The notes under the pieces: generated by a model
The model's database searches: none
The model's input: only the letters and a program-made list of their open reading frames with translations
What the model was told of the DNA's origin: nothing
Program-made: the position numbers and the translations under genes
In this document: positions 9,866-23,863 of the stretch, piece by piece
Position numbering within the stretch: position 1 is the stretch's first letter
Layout of the letters: each line of letters opens with the position of its first letter
DNA from: Anthoceros angustus
Lineage: Eukaryota > Plantae > Anthocerotophyta
Assembly: GCA_010909165.1 (NCBI GenBank)
Contig: VJWM01000219.1
Span: 246,564-310,563, forward strand
Direction: 5' to 3'
Length of the DNA stretch: 64,000 bases

Positions 9866-12577
9866 TCAGCCTAGGATTTGACTTGGATGCTCAACCAGAA
9901 AACTATGCACTTGTCCCTCCACGTCTGTCCACCAGCTCTGACCCGGCTGCTTCCAGGCCCTGATTCTCATTCGCCTTGCCTGCATCTCATGTGCCTGATC
10001 CCACATCTGGGCACCTGCGTATATGTTGGACATCAACACATGAGCTACGGCATCCTTGTGGTCCACCTTCACTGCTTCATCGAAAGCATGACGTCCCACA
10101 TCCACGTTGCTCCACTTACTACAGGCACTCAGCAGAGTGTGCCAAACTGCAGCATTAGGGGGTATATGCATTGTCCTTACCAGAGCTAGTGCCTCATCCA
10201 ATCGGCGGGCACGGCCCAGGAGGTCCACCATGCATGTGTAGTGCTCCAGCGTGGGAGTGATGCTGTAGTGTCTAGTCATAGCCTCGAAATACTGTGTCCC
10301 CTGCGTCACTAGACCCACATGACTGCATACTGTTAGTACACTGAGGAATGTGATTCCGACTGGCTGTATGCCATCCTCTCTCATTCTTTGGACCAAGTCA
10401 AAGACCGCTTCACTATCTCCTTGACAGGTATAGCCTGCGATCAGTGCACTCCAAGCAACAACATCCCTTTCTGGCATGGCATCAAACACCTGCTGCGCTT
10501 CGACAATGCTCCCAGATTTGCCATACATGTTTATCAAACTGCCGGCTAAACATGCGTCCACTGGAAGCCCTCGTTCTTCAATCTGTGCATGAAGCTGCCT
10601 TCCCGGATGCAGAGCTGCCACATTAGCACACGCCTGCAGGAGGAACATAAATGTCACTGCATTGGACACAGCGATCCCTTCGTCTTGCATGGCACTGTAG
10701 AGACGGAGGGCTTCCTGCTCCATGCCCTGCTGCGAATACCCTGCAATTAGGACAGTCCATGTCACTACATTCTTTTGATCCAGTCCGTCAAACACTCTCC
10801 GGGCATCATCAAGGCTGCCACACTTTGCATACATGTTTACTAAACTGTTGGCTACTAACACATCTGCTTCAAGGCCTTGTTCCCTAATTTTTGCATGAAG
10901 CTGCTTGCCCTTCTCTAAAGCTTGGCTGCCCACACTCGCACATGCCTGCAGGAGGCATGTGCAAGTCACGGAATTGGGTACAGCAATGCCTACTTCTTGC
11001 ATGGCACCGTATAGATGAAGGGCTAACTGCCCCCTGCCCTGCTGGGAATATCCTGAAAGCAGAGCAGTCCACGTCACCACATCTTTGTGATCAAGTCCCT
11101 CAAACACTCTCCAAGCATCCTCCATGCTGCCACATTTCGCGTACATGTTCACCAAACTGCCGGCTACAAGCACATCAGCTTCATGACCCCGTTCTTGAAT
11201 TTGCGAATGAAGCTGCTTCCCCTTCTCCAAGGCAGGGGCGCCCACACTTGCACAAGCCTGCAAAAGGCATACAAATGTCGCAGAATCTGGTGCAGCCACT
11301 CCGTCCTCCTCCATGGCACGGTACAGACGAAGAGCTTCTTGGCCCATGCCGTGCTTGCAGTATCCCGAGATCAGAGCCGTCCACGTGACAGCATCTTTTT
11401 GACCAAGACGATCGAACAGACCCTGAGCATTCTCTAAGCTGCCACACTTTGCATACATGTCTACCAAACTGTTTGCTATGAACACATGCGCTTGAAGTCC
11501 TCGTTCATTGATTTGTGCATGAAGCTGCTTTCCCATCTCCAGAGCCTGGTTGCCTATACTTGCGCATGCCTGCAGGAGGCACACAAAAGTCACAGAATCT
11601 GCAGACACGTCATCTTCCTGCATAGCACTGTACAGACGGAGGGCTTCCTGCCCCATGCCCTGCTGGGAATACCCTGCTATCATAGCATTCCATGTCACCA
11701 CATCCTTTTCACCAATCCCATCAAATACTAGTTGAGCTTCTTCCAAGCTGCCACACTTTGCATACATGTCCACCAAGCTACTGCACACAAACAGATCAGG
11801 CTCAACGCCACTAGCCAAAACATCAGCATGGATCTGTTGCCCACTTTTCAAGTTTAATCCCCTTGCACAAGCCTGGAGGGCCGCCACAAATACGTGGGGA
11901 TCTGGCTCCACACCTGACCGGCGCATCTCTTGATACAGTCGTATGGCCTGCTTGTCTTGCCCGTGTTTAACATGCGCAGATATTATGGAAGCCCACATGA
12001 AGGCATCTCGTTTGGCAACCATGGTGAACACGTCCATCGCATCTTGCAACCTGCCGTGAGAAGCATACATTCGCAGAATGTGGTTGCACAGGAACGTATC
12101 TGACTCATACCCAATTCTCAGAGTGAAAGCATGGACTCGGCGACCCAGAGCAAGGTCCTTCTTCGATACACACTTTTTCAGTACTGTATAAATTAGAGCC
12201 TGGGAAACACAGCAGTCTGCTTGCACTAGAATGCCCAAGACCTCCACGGCCTCAATGAGATGGCCGTCATGACACAGCCTTTTCACGTTCTCAGCCGTGA
12301 CAGCCCTTTCGTATCCTGCTGGCCTGCGAGGGTCAAAATCATCCGGCGAGCTCCAGTTGGCTTTCGTGGCACAACGACCCGTCTGCAAATCCCGAGGACC
12401 ACGCTGCTCATCTACCCAAACTGGCTTGAACGAGAATTCCTGGGTCTCCATTTGCATAACACAGATCACAGGACGCAGCCCCATCCTCCCCCGGCCAGGT
12501 TCACCTTGGCCCCCACTGATAAACCGGCTCCTCGATGGTGCCTCACGCGCAAGGCCCAGATGAACAAGGGAATCCAT
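9866..12577 (-). CDS. PLS-class pentatricopeptide repeat protein with E domains and truncated WW-type PG box (organellar RNA-editing factor-like)
   Basis: Intronless 903-aa ORF of repeated P-L-S triplets (SLVDMYAKCGS..A..VFD / VTW.A.I.GY / TF.CLLQAC), E motifs (HYTCMVDLLGRA; W.TLLSAC), ending KQPGQSWWTDVEGQVHSFLVEHP. The true start codon is uncertain. Confidence 0.93.
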   Translation of the reverse strand: MDSLVHLGLAREAPSRSRFISGGQGEPGRGRMGLRPVICVMQMETQEFSFKPVWVDEQRGPRDLQTGRCATKANWSSPDDFDPRRPAGYERAVTAENVKRLCHDGHLIEAVEVLGILVQADCCVSQALIYTVLKKCVSKKDLALGRRVHAFTLRIGYESDTFLCNHILRMYASHGRLQDAMDVFTMVAKRDAFMWASIISAHVKHGQDKQAIRLYQEMRRSGVEPDPHVFVAALQACARGLNLKSGQQIHADVLASGVEPDLFVCSSLVDMYAKCGSLEEAQLVFDGIGEKDVVTWNAMIAGYSQQGMGQEALRLYSAMQEDDVSADSVTFVCLLQACASIGNQALEMGKQLHAQINERGLQAHVFIANSLVDMYAKCGSLENAQGLFDRLGQKDAVTWTALISGYCKHGMGQEALRLYRAMEEDGVAAPDSATFVCLLQACASVGAPALEKGKQLHSQIQERGHEADVLVAGSLVNMYAKCGSMEDAWRVFEGLDHKDVVTWTALLSGYSQQGRGQLALHLYGAMQEVGIAVPNSVTCTCLLQACASVGSQALEKGKQLHAKIREQGLEADVLVANSLVNMYAKCGSLDDARRVFDGLDQKNVVTWTVLIAGYSQQGMEQEALRLYSAMQDEGIAVSNAVTFMFLLQACANVAALHPGRQLHAQIEERGLPVDACLAGSLINMYGKSGSIVEAQQVFDAMPERDVVAWSALIAGYTCQGDSEAVFDLVQRMREDGIQPVGITFLSVLTVCSHVGLVTQGTQYFEAMTRHYSITPTLEHYTCMVDLLGRARRLDEALALVRTMHIPPNAAVWHTLLSACSKWSNVDVGRHAFDEAVKVDHKDAVAHVLMSNIYAGAQMWDQAHEMQARRMRIRAWKQPGQSWWTDVEGQVHSFLVEHPSQILG

Positions 12578-13255
12578 AAGCCTGAACGAAAACTGGGATT
12601 CGAGCTGGTTGATGACTTTGAGCAGTTGTCTACAGATTGCTGGGAGGAATGCACTGTAGACATCCTCTCTACGTTTCGCCTGCTACTGTTAGCGTAGGCA
12701 CCGAGGGAGCCGAGGCCCGAGGGCCCTCGTCCAGAGATGACTCTGAAAGGATTTTCCACAAGACTGCACGGATCTGACCCCGTTTTAAAAGCTACAAGGT
12801 TTTCCTACTTCATCTTGATGAAATCATCCAAGAGAGGGATCCGGTTCAATGCAAGAATATGGCACCAGCTATGCAGCTGGAACTGACCTGCGGCAGTCAT
12901 TGTACAAGACTTGGGGCACTTGGGACGTTTTTTTGGTGAACTGGTCGAGTACTTTGGACATTGTCATCGAAGTCCTAGCCGTTGAAATTCTCATTGAAAT
13001 TTCTGCCTCCAATTCAAAATCATTAGGAAAATATCTCAATCTTCGACAAGCTCGTGTTCTCCACTCTGCAGTCTGCCCCTTACCTCAGCAGTCGGACGTT
13101 GTCGACTAGGTACGTGATCTCCGCTTTGACCCGCAATCCTATAGGATAGGTAAAGAGGTCCTGATTAACAAATGTTCCATCTGACTAGAATTGAATCTGA
13201 AGTTCTTTCAGCGCCCGGCAGGTTCTCAAAGAGACAGGAATTCGATGTCCCAGCT

Positions 13256-16200
13256 CTAGCACTCCACTGGCTTCAGATGCTTCCGAGTATACTCCCACAC
13301 CGCAATGGCTCCACTCACATGCACATTCAACGATCGGATCACGCCCAACTGGGGAATCTCTAAGCAAGAATCTAGGGCTTGAATTATCTCTACTGGAATA
13401 CCTTCTCTTTCTCTTCCCAGAACAAGTACCTGGCAGTAATACCAGCATTAAGAACATGAGCACTGCAAATCTGTTTACGATGACCAGCGGAGCACGCAAA
13501 CTTACTGATTTTCTGGGAAAGCTGTAGGTCTCGATAGAGATGCTGTTTGCCGTCTGCTCTAGTCCCAGGAGAGCAAAGCCCTCTCTCTTCTTCTGCTTAA
13601 GAAAGTCCATGAGGGCGCCTTCTGGGACCTCGAGAATGGGAACCCATTTTTCTGCTGTGACACTGCACATGATAAACGAATTCAGTACGCCATAATGTCA
13701 ATTATCCTTATATACATTGGCTCTGGCCTCGTCCACACCTGATGAGCTGGAACTGCCTATCCAGCGTGACCCGTGCATCAGCTACGACTAAGCTTGCTGC
13801 CTTGAACACCTGCACTACCGCCAACTCTGGTTTACAATTCGAGAAAGAAGCCTGGAAGCACAGAAGAACACATGCTTAAGCCACCACAGAATGAGACCGT
13901 ACTTCGCATGTGCGGGCAAGCCCTGCAAGATTAGGGATCCTTCCCAGGAGTGAAGCGACCACTATCAGCTCCTGCCGGCCACCCCGCATCCTTGAGATTT
14001 CCTGTACTCTGGATTCCATAGTCGACAGCAGTATCTCCTCTTCATGCTCGGCTGCAGTTCACCACAGCAGAATCTGACTTAATTCAGCTCTTTAGACACC
14101 AAAAGAATGCTGTTCATTGATGGCCTGGCTATGGCGTCAAACCTTCTCGTTGTGAACCAAAACCTCCACTGAACCTCAGGGATTCTATTTTCTTCTGGAA
14201 GTCCAAGGGACTCGCACTCGTTTCGGAGTAGGAGATTGCATGGGCCTCGTTTTCTGAACCAGACGAGCTAATTCTTTCTTCTGTAGCTACAGATCCCTTT
14301 TGTTGCTGAAGAGCTTCAGCATTCAACGCAATGGCATCTGCAGCCACAGCATCCCGCAAACTTTCTCTGGCCTCCTATGAGACCACATTCAACTTGTCAT
14401 CAGCAGAATAACTCTTGTAGTTGCATGAAAAACACGATTGGAAGGAGAGGTAGAAAGTAAAGGACTCACGTTCAGAAATTCCGCTACTTTGTCCACGACT
14501 GCAATTGAAACACACTCAAAAGGAGGATCTTCTGGAGTCTGCCAGAAAGTTTCAGGTTACTACTTTGATGCAGCGTTTCCTGCATGTGACGAGCAACCAT
14601 CACCAGGCTCATACCTTTCCACTGTCTGGTTCCCCTCCTCTGCTTGAGAATATGCCACGTGGAGTTCTTGCTGAAGCTGGATCACAATAATCGAGGTACT
14701 TCTCGACAGAAGTACGAATTCTGAATTTGCCAGAATAGGAACGATGTAAATCAAGAGCTCACAGTCTCTGTGAGATGGTGAACCACCCACATAAGCTGTG
14801 CAACAAGAACAGGTTGAGGGACACAGAATATGTACCTTACGCAGTCTGAATTTGCATCCAAGAATGCAGCTATGGATGCCAAAGACTCATTCCCGAATAT
14901 ATCAGGGCCACCTGGGCCTAAGTTAATAGCCTTGAAGTGCGTTATCAGCCGATGTATAAGCACCTGTGTAGATTCAAACCCATTCCACATGTCACTGAGG
15001 TTTATACCACTTCTAATACTTTTTGCACTCACTAGGTGTCTATCTAAACCAGAAAGCTACTTTGAGATAGTAGCTACACTTGTTAACTTGCCTGTGTAAA
15101 ACTTCGTAGATTATGATGATGGCTTGTCATGTATGGCAATATAGCTGGGAATACTTCTTGAAGCAGACTCATTTGAAGTGCTTGAGATTGTGAAAAGATC
15201 AGCACATTTGCTGCCACTAAAACATATGATGACAGAGCCTACTCCATGCACAAGTTAAGGCGATAAGTCCCTTCCGCAAGACGGATGTATTTCAGTTATT
15301 GCTTTCATACACCGTTAACATCAAGGTGAGTACTCATAAACCTGGGTCTTAAGGTTGTAATCTCTGAGAAAGGAAACCAAGTGCTCTCTCACCTGCAACG
15401 CAGGCAAGACAAAGCAGTTAATACCGATCAGCAGTGTTCTTGCAACATCACGACAAGATAATCCTTGCTGCCCAGTGTGCAATGATAGCAGGAAGTCCCT
15501 TTGCTTCCTGAATGCAAGCAGAGAATGGCACCATGGTAATTATAAATAAATCTGCATCCCTCAAAATTCTACAACGCTAACATACCAGATGAGGAAATCG
15601 CAGAAACATTTGAAGCGCAAAACCTTCAATGTACTGGCGCACAGTTGGAAAGTTATTTCTCTGCATACGAGAAACATGAGGCGTGGCTCGCTCGAGCAGA
15701 ATGGCACCATGGAGATGACGCCCACAAACATGATGCGTGTCAGGTCAGGCCACTTACATGTAGACATGTTTCAAGCAACGACATGACGTGCAAAACAACA
15801 TCATCATCGATAAATCTTGAGAGAATGCAAAGCATTTGCCACGCTCGAACTTTCTTGCGATGAATCTGCATAACGCCAGCCTTCAAGTCAATTGAAACCA
15901 GACCGAATAAGACAACTATCTCAATTGGGAGACCATCAATCAGGAAAGTATGGCTCCTTACAGCACTCTTTTTTTTATAAAGCTCCTTCGACAGAATTGG
16001 ATCTTCAACCTTTAAGGCAAAGCAGATATGCGATGAGTTTTCATCAAAGGCCTGGAAATCCTAGATGCTGGTTTAGAACAGAGCATTCAATGGCACTAGC
16101 AGCAAAGCTCAGAATACTCACGACAGCATGCAACAGGGAAACTGTAAACGTACGCCCCAAATCAGCCACCAGTGAACTAGTAGTTGATGTTGTGCCATCC

Positions 16201-19200
16201 CTTGCGTCCTCAACAATTAGAGCAAGCTCATGGAACATGACTGCCACTGATACTCTTACATACATCTCTGAATTTGTGAAGGCCTATCAATTAGCACAGC
16301 AGAACGTAGGCTATGAGCAATACCCAGCTATATGCAGTGTGGTACACAGTTTGAACAGTGTCACTGTGTTGAGACTAGGTGCAAACACTACAAAGAACTA
16401 TGCCCATAGTACAAGAATATTAAGCTTGCATCACAACCTCCAGAAGTTCAGGATCTGAGCTCTGAATTAAAGTACGGTATTCCCTTGCTGCTGCCTGACT
16501 GGCACGTATTTCTCCATCCAATTCCTCGTCCACAGTTTCTGGGAATCGATCCATTGACTCTGAAAGTCAGCTTGTACAAGGAATCAAGTGAACCAAGAAC
16601 GTAGTAAGCAAACTGACCTCCACCATGCAGTGTCAGAAGCAGGATATCACTGATGTAGTAGATCAGAGTCGCTGGAAATCGAAGCCACATTCCAGTCACA
16701 TGTAAGGTAGTCAAACGCATTATGCGTGGGCTCCGCTCACCTTCTTTAAATAACCTGCTTAAAAGCTGAAAGAAAAACGTCAGAAATGTACACATACTTC
16801 AGGAGACTAAGCCTGGGTTATGGGTTTTTGTGATGCACATACCCACTTTAAGGGACCCATTCCCTGATTCTCCCCTCCCCTGTGCATTTCGACGTCGTGA
16901 AAAATTGCTGGATTCAGAATTGTTGATATGAATGCAGAGATGGGTGCAACTTTTCGCTTGTTGCAATCCACTATTGCCGCCCAAGCAGCATTGACTACTG
17001 CCCACACAACCTGCATGGTGAGGAGTGTATAAAGCCAATGAAGAAGGTCAAGAGCCATTAGTTACATACAAGTGCCACCAATCTACCTAGGTCAACGACA
17101 CAGTCTGCGAGGGGAACATATAGCAAGGAGCCAAAGCAGCAGCGAACCTGCAGTCTACTCTGTCCGTGTACAGCTTTGAAAGCCTTTGTGTCATTGAAAA
17201 CACCCCAGACCATAAGCCACCTCATAACCCGGAATAGCGGAAGTAGGTACTCTTCACCAGCGCTCTCCAAGCTTAGGCAGGCAAGAAAGAGTTTTCAGCA
17301 ATCATGAAAGTTCACTGAAAAAAGAAGCTCAAGCTGTCATGCGAGCAAAGAAAGTGAGGTGGATCTCTTTCAGAACTGAGATGCACAACAAGATTCCACA
17401 TAAGGAGAACATTATCAAGATCACAAATGAAACAAGCACGATTTGAAAGAGGTTGTATACCTTTCTATGCCGTCCTTCAAAATGATATGAAGTGTTGAAC
17501 TACTAATTGCAGCACCAGAATAGCTGTCGGGTGGAGCACCTCTTACACAATTGAAAACTGTGCTGCGAGATACTGACAGAAGAGCATCCAGACAACACCA
17601 CTGCAGGAAAACAGAGGAATCAGTGTAAGAATCTTGTGGACCTGACCACCTGACCACAAAAACTTAAGGAGTTTGGAAAAAAAACTGCAGACAAGAGGTG
17701 GTCAAAGGTAGAAAACAAGCACACGATTACATAGTCAAAGGCTGAATCCCACAAATGGAAATCACAATTGCGACTAACTCAAGTCAATCCTGGCCTTCTT
17801 GCAGCTCTTTCAATCCTTCCCTACTAGTAATCTACCTCCTCTTCATCAACCTCCATGACAACAAGAAAAAGCTCATAATCACTCACCTTGAACCGGGCAA
17901 CAACAGCTCGACGACTCCTTGCTAATAACCCTGTTCTCAGAAGATTTTCGACTCCATCAAGGAGAGCCTTGACTAGCTCATCCACCAATATTCCAGGTTG
18001 CGATAGTTCACTTATACAAAACGATTTTTGTGCTTGAATTGCTGCATAACCATGGGACAGTCCCAGAGGAGAGGCAGCTGCAGCTAAGGCACAGCACACA
18101 GATGATAGAGCTTCATATCCACCAAGTATAAGCTCTGCATCAACCTACCAGCAACATAACAGATCTTCAACCAAAAATTGACTTTGCAAAACATTTCAAG
18201 AGCGTGACAAAACCTTACTCATGGCAAGTACACCACACATCAACAAGGACGCAGGAACAAACCTCTGTGTCTATTCTCCTGAAAGTAGCGACTTCCCAGG
18301 CAAAAGACCAAAGAAACCTTTGAACTGACTCAGGAATTGCTCTGTTGACACTTGAATACCAGACACACGAATCAGCAACAGTGGTAATTGCAAGCACCTG
18401 CGAAAGACAGGAGCCATATTGTCATGAACTGAAAGCACTAAACACCGACAACGAGAACACCGAGAATGTTTTATGCACACCGCTTGCAATACGGAAGACG
18501 TCAAGCCTGCTGGCAGCCGTCGCTGGCTGGGTCCACCAAGTTTCCCTGTCACAGATCCTGGTAGAGGAGCCAGAGTGGAGCCGCCATGTTCCCAGAAAAT
18601 AAATGTCGACCTTCTTGCGTAAGCTAGAAGCTCATCCTGTCCAAGTTCCACTACTTTGGAATCATTTCAAATGCGGAGGATAAACACTATCGGAAGGGTT
18701 CTTGAAAGGTTCCCAAAACACCTCATTTGAACTTTTGTTACACATAGACCAAGAGGCGGAGGCCTTACAAAGGTGGACAGCAGGATATTAGCAACTTCCT
18801 CTGCAAATGAGCCGTTGGGGTCATGGCATTCCTGAAGAGATGTGTGTACAATGGCAGCACACGTCCTGTCAACTTTCTCTGACGAATCTTGCTGGCACTC
18901 CCTTACAAGACTCCACAGCAACACCAATATCTTTTCTGGCCGGTGAGTTGCCATGTATGCACGATGGTAGACCTCGGATGCCTGTTTTTCCACATACTGC
19001 CCAGACCAGGGTAACCCTTTAGAAAATTGATGACCACCCAATCAACAGGTGCCACAAAAACACGAGGCCATTACTTGTGAGTGCATGATCTGTAATTGAA
19101 TCTCAAACAACCTGGAACCATCAGTGGTAACCAGCACCGTATTCAAGAAACTGGAGATCAGTGTAGGGAACAACACCTTCACTAGCATCAGCTGTTGAGG

Positions 19201-22200
19201 CTTGGATAGCACACCAACTGAAAGCATCCTGGCCCACCTCTCCCCTTCAGATTTCCATGAGTCAACATCGTCATCACTAAGCACCAGAGAGGCTGGCTTG
19301 TTTGAGCACAAAAATTCCTCAGCCATGGCACAAAGGCCCTCAAACATCCATGTCGAAGGGTTACACCTAACTTCAGTGCCTACATTCTGGGGTTGCAGCC
19401 AAGATAAGAGCATTCCATGCAAAATCCCTGCAAGCAGACAACTCAACTTACGATGTCATCACTATAAGCCCTCGTGCCCTAGTGTCCTTAATCAGTTATC
19501 CGTTGAAGAAACACAGCTACATCATGAAAGGACACACATGTTGAATAATTACCTCCCTGGATTAACAGATCTCGAGGGAATGATGACAAGAAGTAGGCAA
19601 TCCTGCTCACAGGTATGTCGAAAGGTGACACAAGGGAACATGTAGCTCGAAGGAGGTGTCCACAAACTACGTCCATAACCAAAGTTCAAGATCATCAACC
19701 ATCCTACGCAACATCTGCCTTACAACACCTCAATGAATCTATATGAGCTTCAACCTTGAGCTCGATATCTTGGATTGAAGTGGCGTCTGCTTGTGTCAAC
19801 CATGAGCTTTAGACCTTCCATAAGTTCTTGAAGCTGCGGCTCATCACCAAGCTGTATGATCCCACCTTCACATGCCATGGACGATACAGGAACCAACTCC
19901 ATCTGGTAGGTTTCATCCAGAAGGTGGCCTACAGCCACAACTTCAATCCATGAAGCCATTCCCATCAGACCTGCTCGGCATGGAGACTGCAACACAGCAG
20001 CATTGGCCAGGTGGAGCACAAAGCTTTGGCGTTTCCTGCAAGCATGGTGGGACTCAACTGCAGTTCACGATATCTCACTTTGGACAGTCCATGTGACGTT
20101 CACCCACATACCAACAACAAACATATGGCATTCTGCTTGTCCAAACCTGAACTGAAACGTCCTTGTATATGCCCTAAAGAAATTAGCTGCACTTTTAATC
20201 GTGTCTGAGCTATAGAGTCCCTTAGTTCCTGCCAGAAAAGAGCCACAACTTGTTGGCAAATTCAACCAAATCAGGCAGAAAAACAACCCGGGCAGGTCAC
20301 TGAGCCGGATACTTTCGAACATGGACGGTGGTCAGAGAGCATGCAGAGGATCGCCAAATTTTTTTCATCTCACCAAAGTCCTTGTGATGAACCGAATCAT
20401 TCAGTGCCTGAAGCAATGGTCCAAACACAAACTCCTCCTTAACATACGAAAACTCGACTGTACATTCTGGGCTGTTCTTGAAAAATGACTGCAAAACCAA
20501 TTGCCGCACTGGTGCCAGTCTACTCTCAATTTGACGTTCAACATACTGTCACACAGATTAGAAGCCCTGGACTTGCAGAAGAAAAGAGAAGTTGCCACCC
20601 AAGCAAAGCCTGGCTGACATGGAGATGTTAAAAAGCTGCAAAGATAGGAGAAAAACATTATGCACCTTGTGGATTTTTGTGAGCAAATCCTTGCTGCCAC
20701 AGTACTGAGACCCATGAAATGTCAAAACCCACATCAGAAGGCTGAATACGCTGATTGTGCTTTAGAGCCACTTCATGATCCGATGTCTCTGATGCCGACA
20801 ATAACAAGGACATCTTTGGGAGGACAAGGAAAAGCATAAGCGTCTGTCAGAGATAGTTTGTCTGCACTAAGCTAAGTTAAGGAGTGATGACATCCTTGAT
20901 TACCTGCAAATCCCAAGTGGCCTCAACAAGATGAGTGCCATATTCTTCCAGTGTATCGTACAACAGAAGAAATGCCTCCCATTTGCATTTTTTAAGATCT
21001 GTAGAAGCTCCAATCCCCAAAGACATTGCTTCCTTTTGTGCCCACTTCTCTCTTTTGTTCAAAGGCTGCACCCCGGCTGGAGGGTGATTCTTCTTCCCAG
21101 TTGAGGCCTGGTTCTGCTGAGAAGATTGAAGCAGTGTCGTCTGTGACGTCAGCACTGCTGAGAGCGCACGCTTTAAGAGGAACAGAGCTCTCTTCCTTAT
21201 TGATGAATCTGAGTCCACCTAATTCCACCAGACAGAACTCAGCAGCAGTTGAAAAAAGGGAGCTAAACTACTGGGCAGATTGTTGTATCGGAGTGACTTA
21301 CAAGCCCTGACTTTACAAATTCCCAGAAGTGTGGATCATTGCGAGCATCAAACTTTCGCCCACACTTGAAACTCAGAGCCAACTGATCCTCATCCTCCCT
21401 ACCGAGGAGAAAATCAACCAGCTGCGCAATGGTTATATAAGCATCACGGCGTTCAAATACGCCCTGCGAAAGCAAAGATTTGCAAGCAAACCAAACTTCC
21501 TCGACAGCACATTGCCTACAGAAGAACCAATATTTCAGTGAGCTTCCAACAAAGGTAACTAGCGTAATGAAGAACTACAAAGCTGAAACGCTTCATCAGG
21601 TTCCAGCCAGGTCTGACAACTGATCTTAACAGCAGGTTTTCGAGAAGATAAACAGTATCACAGGCCAACATGAACCCTGGTCCTTCCGTCTATTGATGCT
21701 AGCAAAGGAATTGCCTTTGAAGTTGATGGACATACCCTGAATCCTCAGATTCGGAAGACCTAGCAGGTCGACAGCAGTCCCTAGGCACTTTTAGCAAGGC
21801 AGGAAGCAGTGAAAGAGAAGCACACTGCCGGAGAGATCCACTTGAGGTTTGAGAGAGCATTGCAATGGCGACTGGAAAGAAACCGCAAAAAAGAGCCTTG
21901 CAGAAGTGCCTAGCCATCAGACACTCCTCTTTTTGTCCATCTGTACAATCCTCGCCCCTCAAAAGTTCTGAAGCAGTATCTGACAGGGTAGCCAGCAACT
22001 GGCATGCAACTGGAACAGTGAACAGCTTGTTGTTTACATCAAGCAAGTCATTGTGAGCAGTTACATTTGATACACGTGCAACGGTGGTGGTTTCCAAGCC
22101 CCCCGTCCCTGAGATCCCATGGTTGAGAGACAAAAGGCAGAGAGGAACTACAGACTCCTGGATATAACTCCAGGCATTCCTCGTTGAAACTGCTTCAGCC

Positions 22201-23132
22201 AACATACTTACAACCTGCAGAGAAACAATCAGAGAATCTGATAAGAGAAAAAAAACCTACACTGTGACAGCAGGCAGTTTAGTGCTGCACACCTCAGCCT
22301 GCAGAAGAGACAAGTTCAGACTTGTGTTTTGCAACAGTGGTATCCACCAGGTAAAAAGAACCCGAGCTAAATCACTCGGTGCGCTTTCTGCAGCAGAGCG
22401 AGTTTTTGGGTAAAAGGTTGAATTATGATTTGGCATGATTCTCATTTTCTGCAAGAACTACAGAAGCCAATTAAACATGCACGAAAGAGCATAGGAAAAT
22501 GCTATTTTGGAACTGTGAATGAACCAGGATGTTTGAGAAGATGCATCTGTGCAGCCATGTATCTCTTTGCCAGCTCCTCGTGGGCCTCAACTTGCACAGG
22601 CTGACAAACAGCACAACACGATCAGCACCACAGTTGACTATGTATGGCTCCGAAGTGCTTTGTTTTGTCCTGTTATGATTCAAACCGTATGCAAAGTTCA
22701 ACAGCAATGATACATTGTTGGCCTGCTGGACAGTGTAGAGTCGTCGTGAAACCCATGAAATCAAGAAGAAATTCAGGCGACCCGGTTCATAGATCCAGAC
22801 ACGAAAAACATTGACCAGTGTTCCACAATTGCAAAACATTTCAAAAGCACAAGCATCGAATATCTTGAGAATGACTGTTCCAGAAACTGCACCCAGTACA
22901 AAAGGTCAGTCGAGCTGGCATAAGAGTGTCCACCAACCTCGATGGGCTGCTTAAAGGGCGCGTTGTCGAGGAGCTGTATGAGAAGCAGCGACGGACTGCA
23001 GCCGCTGGTGGCCTGCATGAGTGCGTCCAACAAACTCGGCACGCCATTTGCAGGCATTGTGGGAAGAACTTGCAGGACAGCAGCTGCGACTGCAGCTGCT
23101 GGAGTTGAGGAGGACGCAGACGCATACGCCAT
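13256..23132 (-). CDS. TRM3: tRNA (guanosine-18 2'-O)-methyltransferase TRM3/TARBP1-like, multi-exon
   Basis: C-terminal SpoU domain: [60 protein letters not shown], stop at 13256-13258. A long series of helical-repeat exons runs upstream to the ATG at 23132. Individual exons not fully resolved. Confidence 0.88.
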
Positions 23133-23863
23133 GACATCAATGTTGGTCAACGACGACTCAAAATCTTACTAAGAAGGAGCAATCCTGGGTGTGTCTCACA
23201 AATCCCTTGGCCCAGGGGGTGCGGGATGATCCATGCCAGCGCCTTTTGTAACCAAGAAGCCAACTGGAAAATGGGCTTCAGTATCCGGGAGCTGCATCGG
23301 AGAAAAGCGAATTGATTTCAGGTTTTTCTGCTCTCGAACATGAATTCTTCAATACCAGGCTCATGACTTCTGGTCAGTACCAGCAATGAGCTCAGACGCG
23401 CGTCTCAGACTTCTCCTGAGAGATTTGAACCAATGACACCACGGGCACGTTACACAGGCAGTAAAATCGCCACCCGAACGCGCCTAGAAGTTTGAATAGG
23501 TTCTTCCATGAGCGTGTCCGGGAGCGGAGCACTTTGTCAGCCGCGCTCAACTATAATTTTCTGCTGGATTGCAATTTCCATTCCATTATTCCATCTAGTG
23601 GTCTTTTTCTCTTCATAGCACACGCCCTGGACCCGCACACTTAGATGTGTCACACTTGGAGTTGGGTGACCACGGGAAGGTTTGAAATCATTTCCCAAAT
23701 TCTTAAAGAGAACCCGGAGGTAAGTTATAGGTGATCTACAAAAACCTCATCTCCTGCACTCGTAGAGGTTCACAAAATTGGAGATTTTATTAAAACGAAG
23801 AGATGGAAATCCATGTACCCCGAACCGAGGGGACAACCATTAAAGGGCCAAGAGCCAGGGGGC

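Noticed and set aside
19667-19754. Apparent frameshift or stop cluster inside TRM3 after HFNPRYRAQ
   Set aside because: An 88-nt GT-AG intron (19754-19667) joins the frames cleanly to give YRAQ-VCGHLL, so no lesion is needed.
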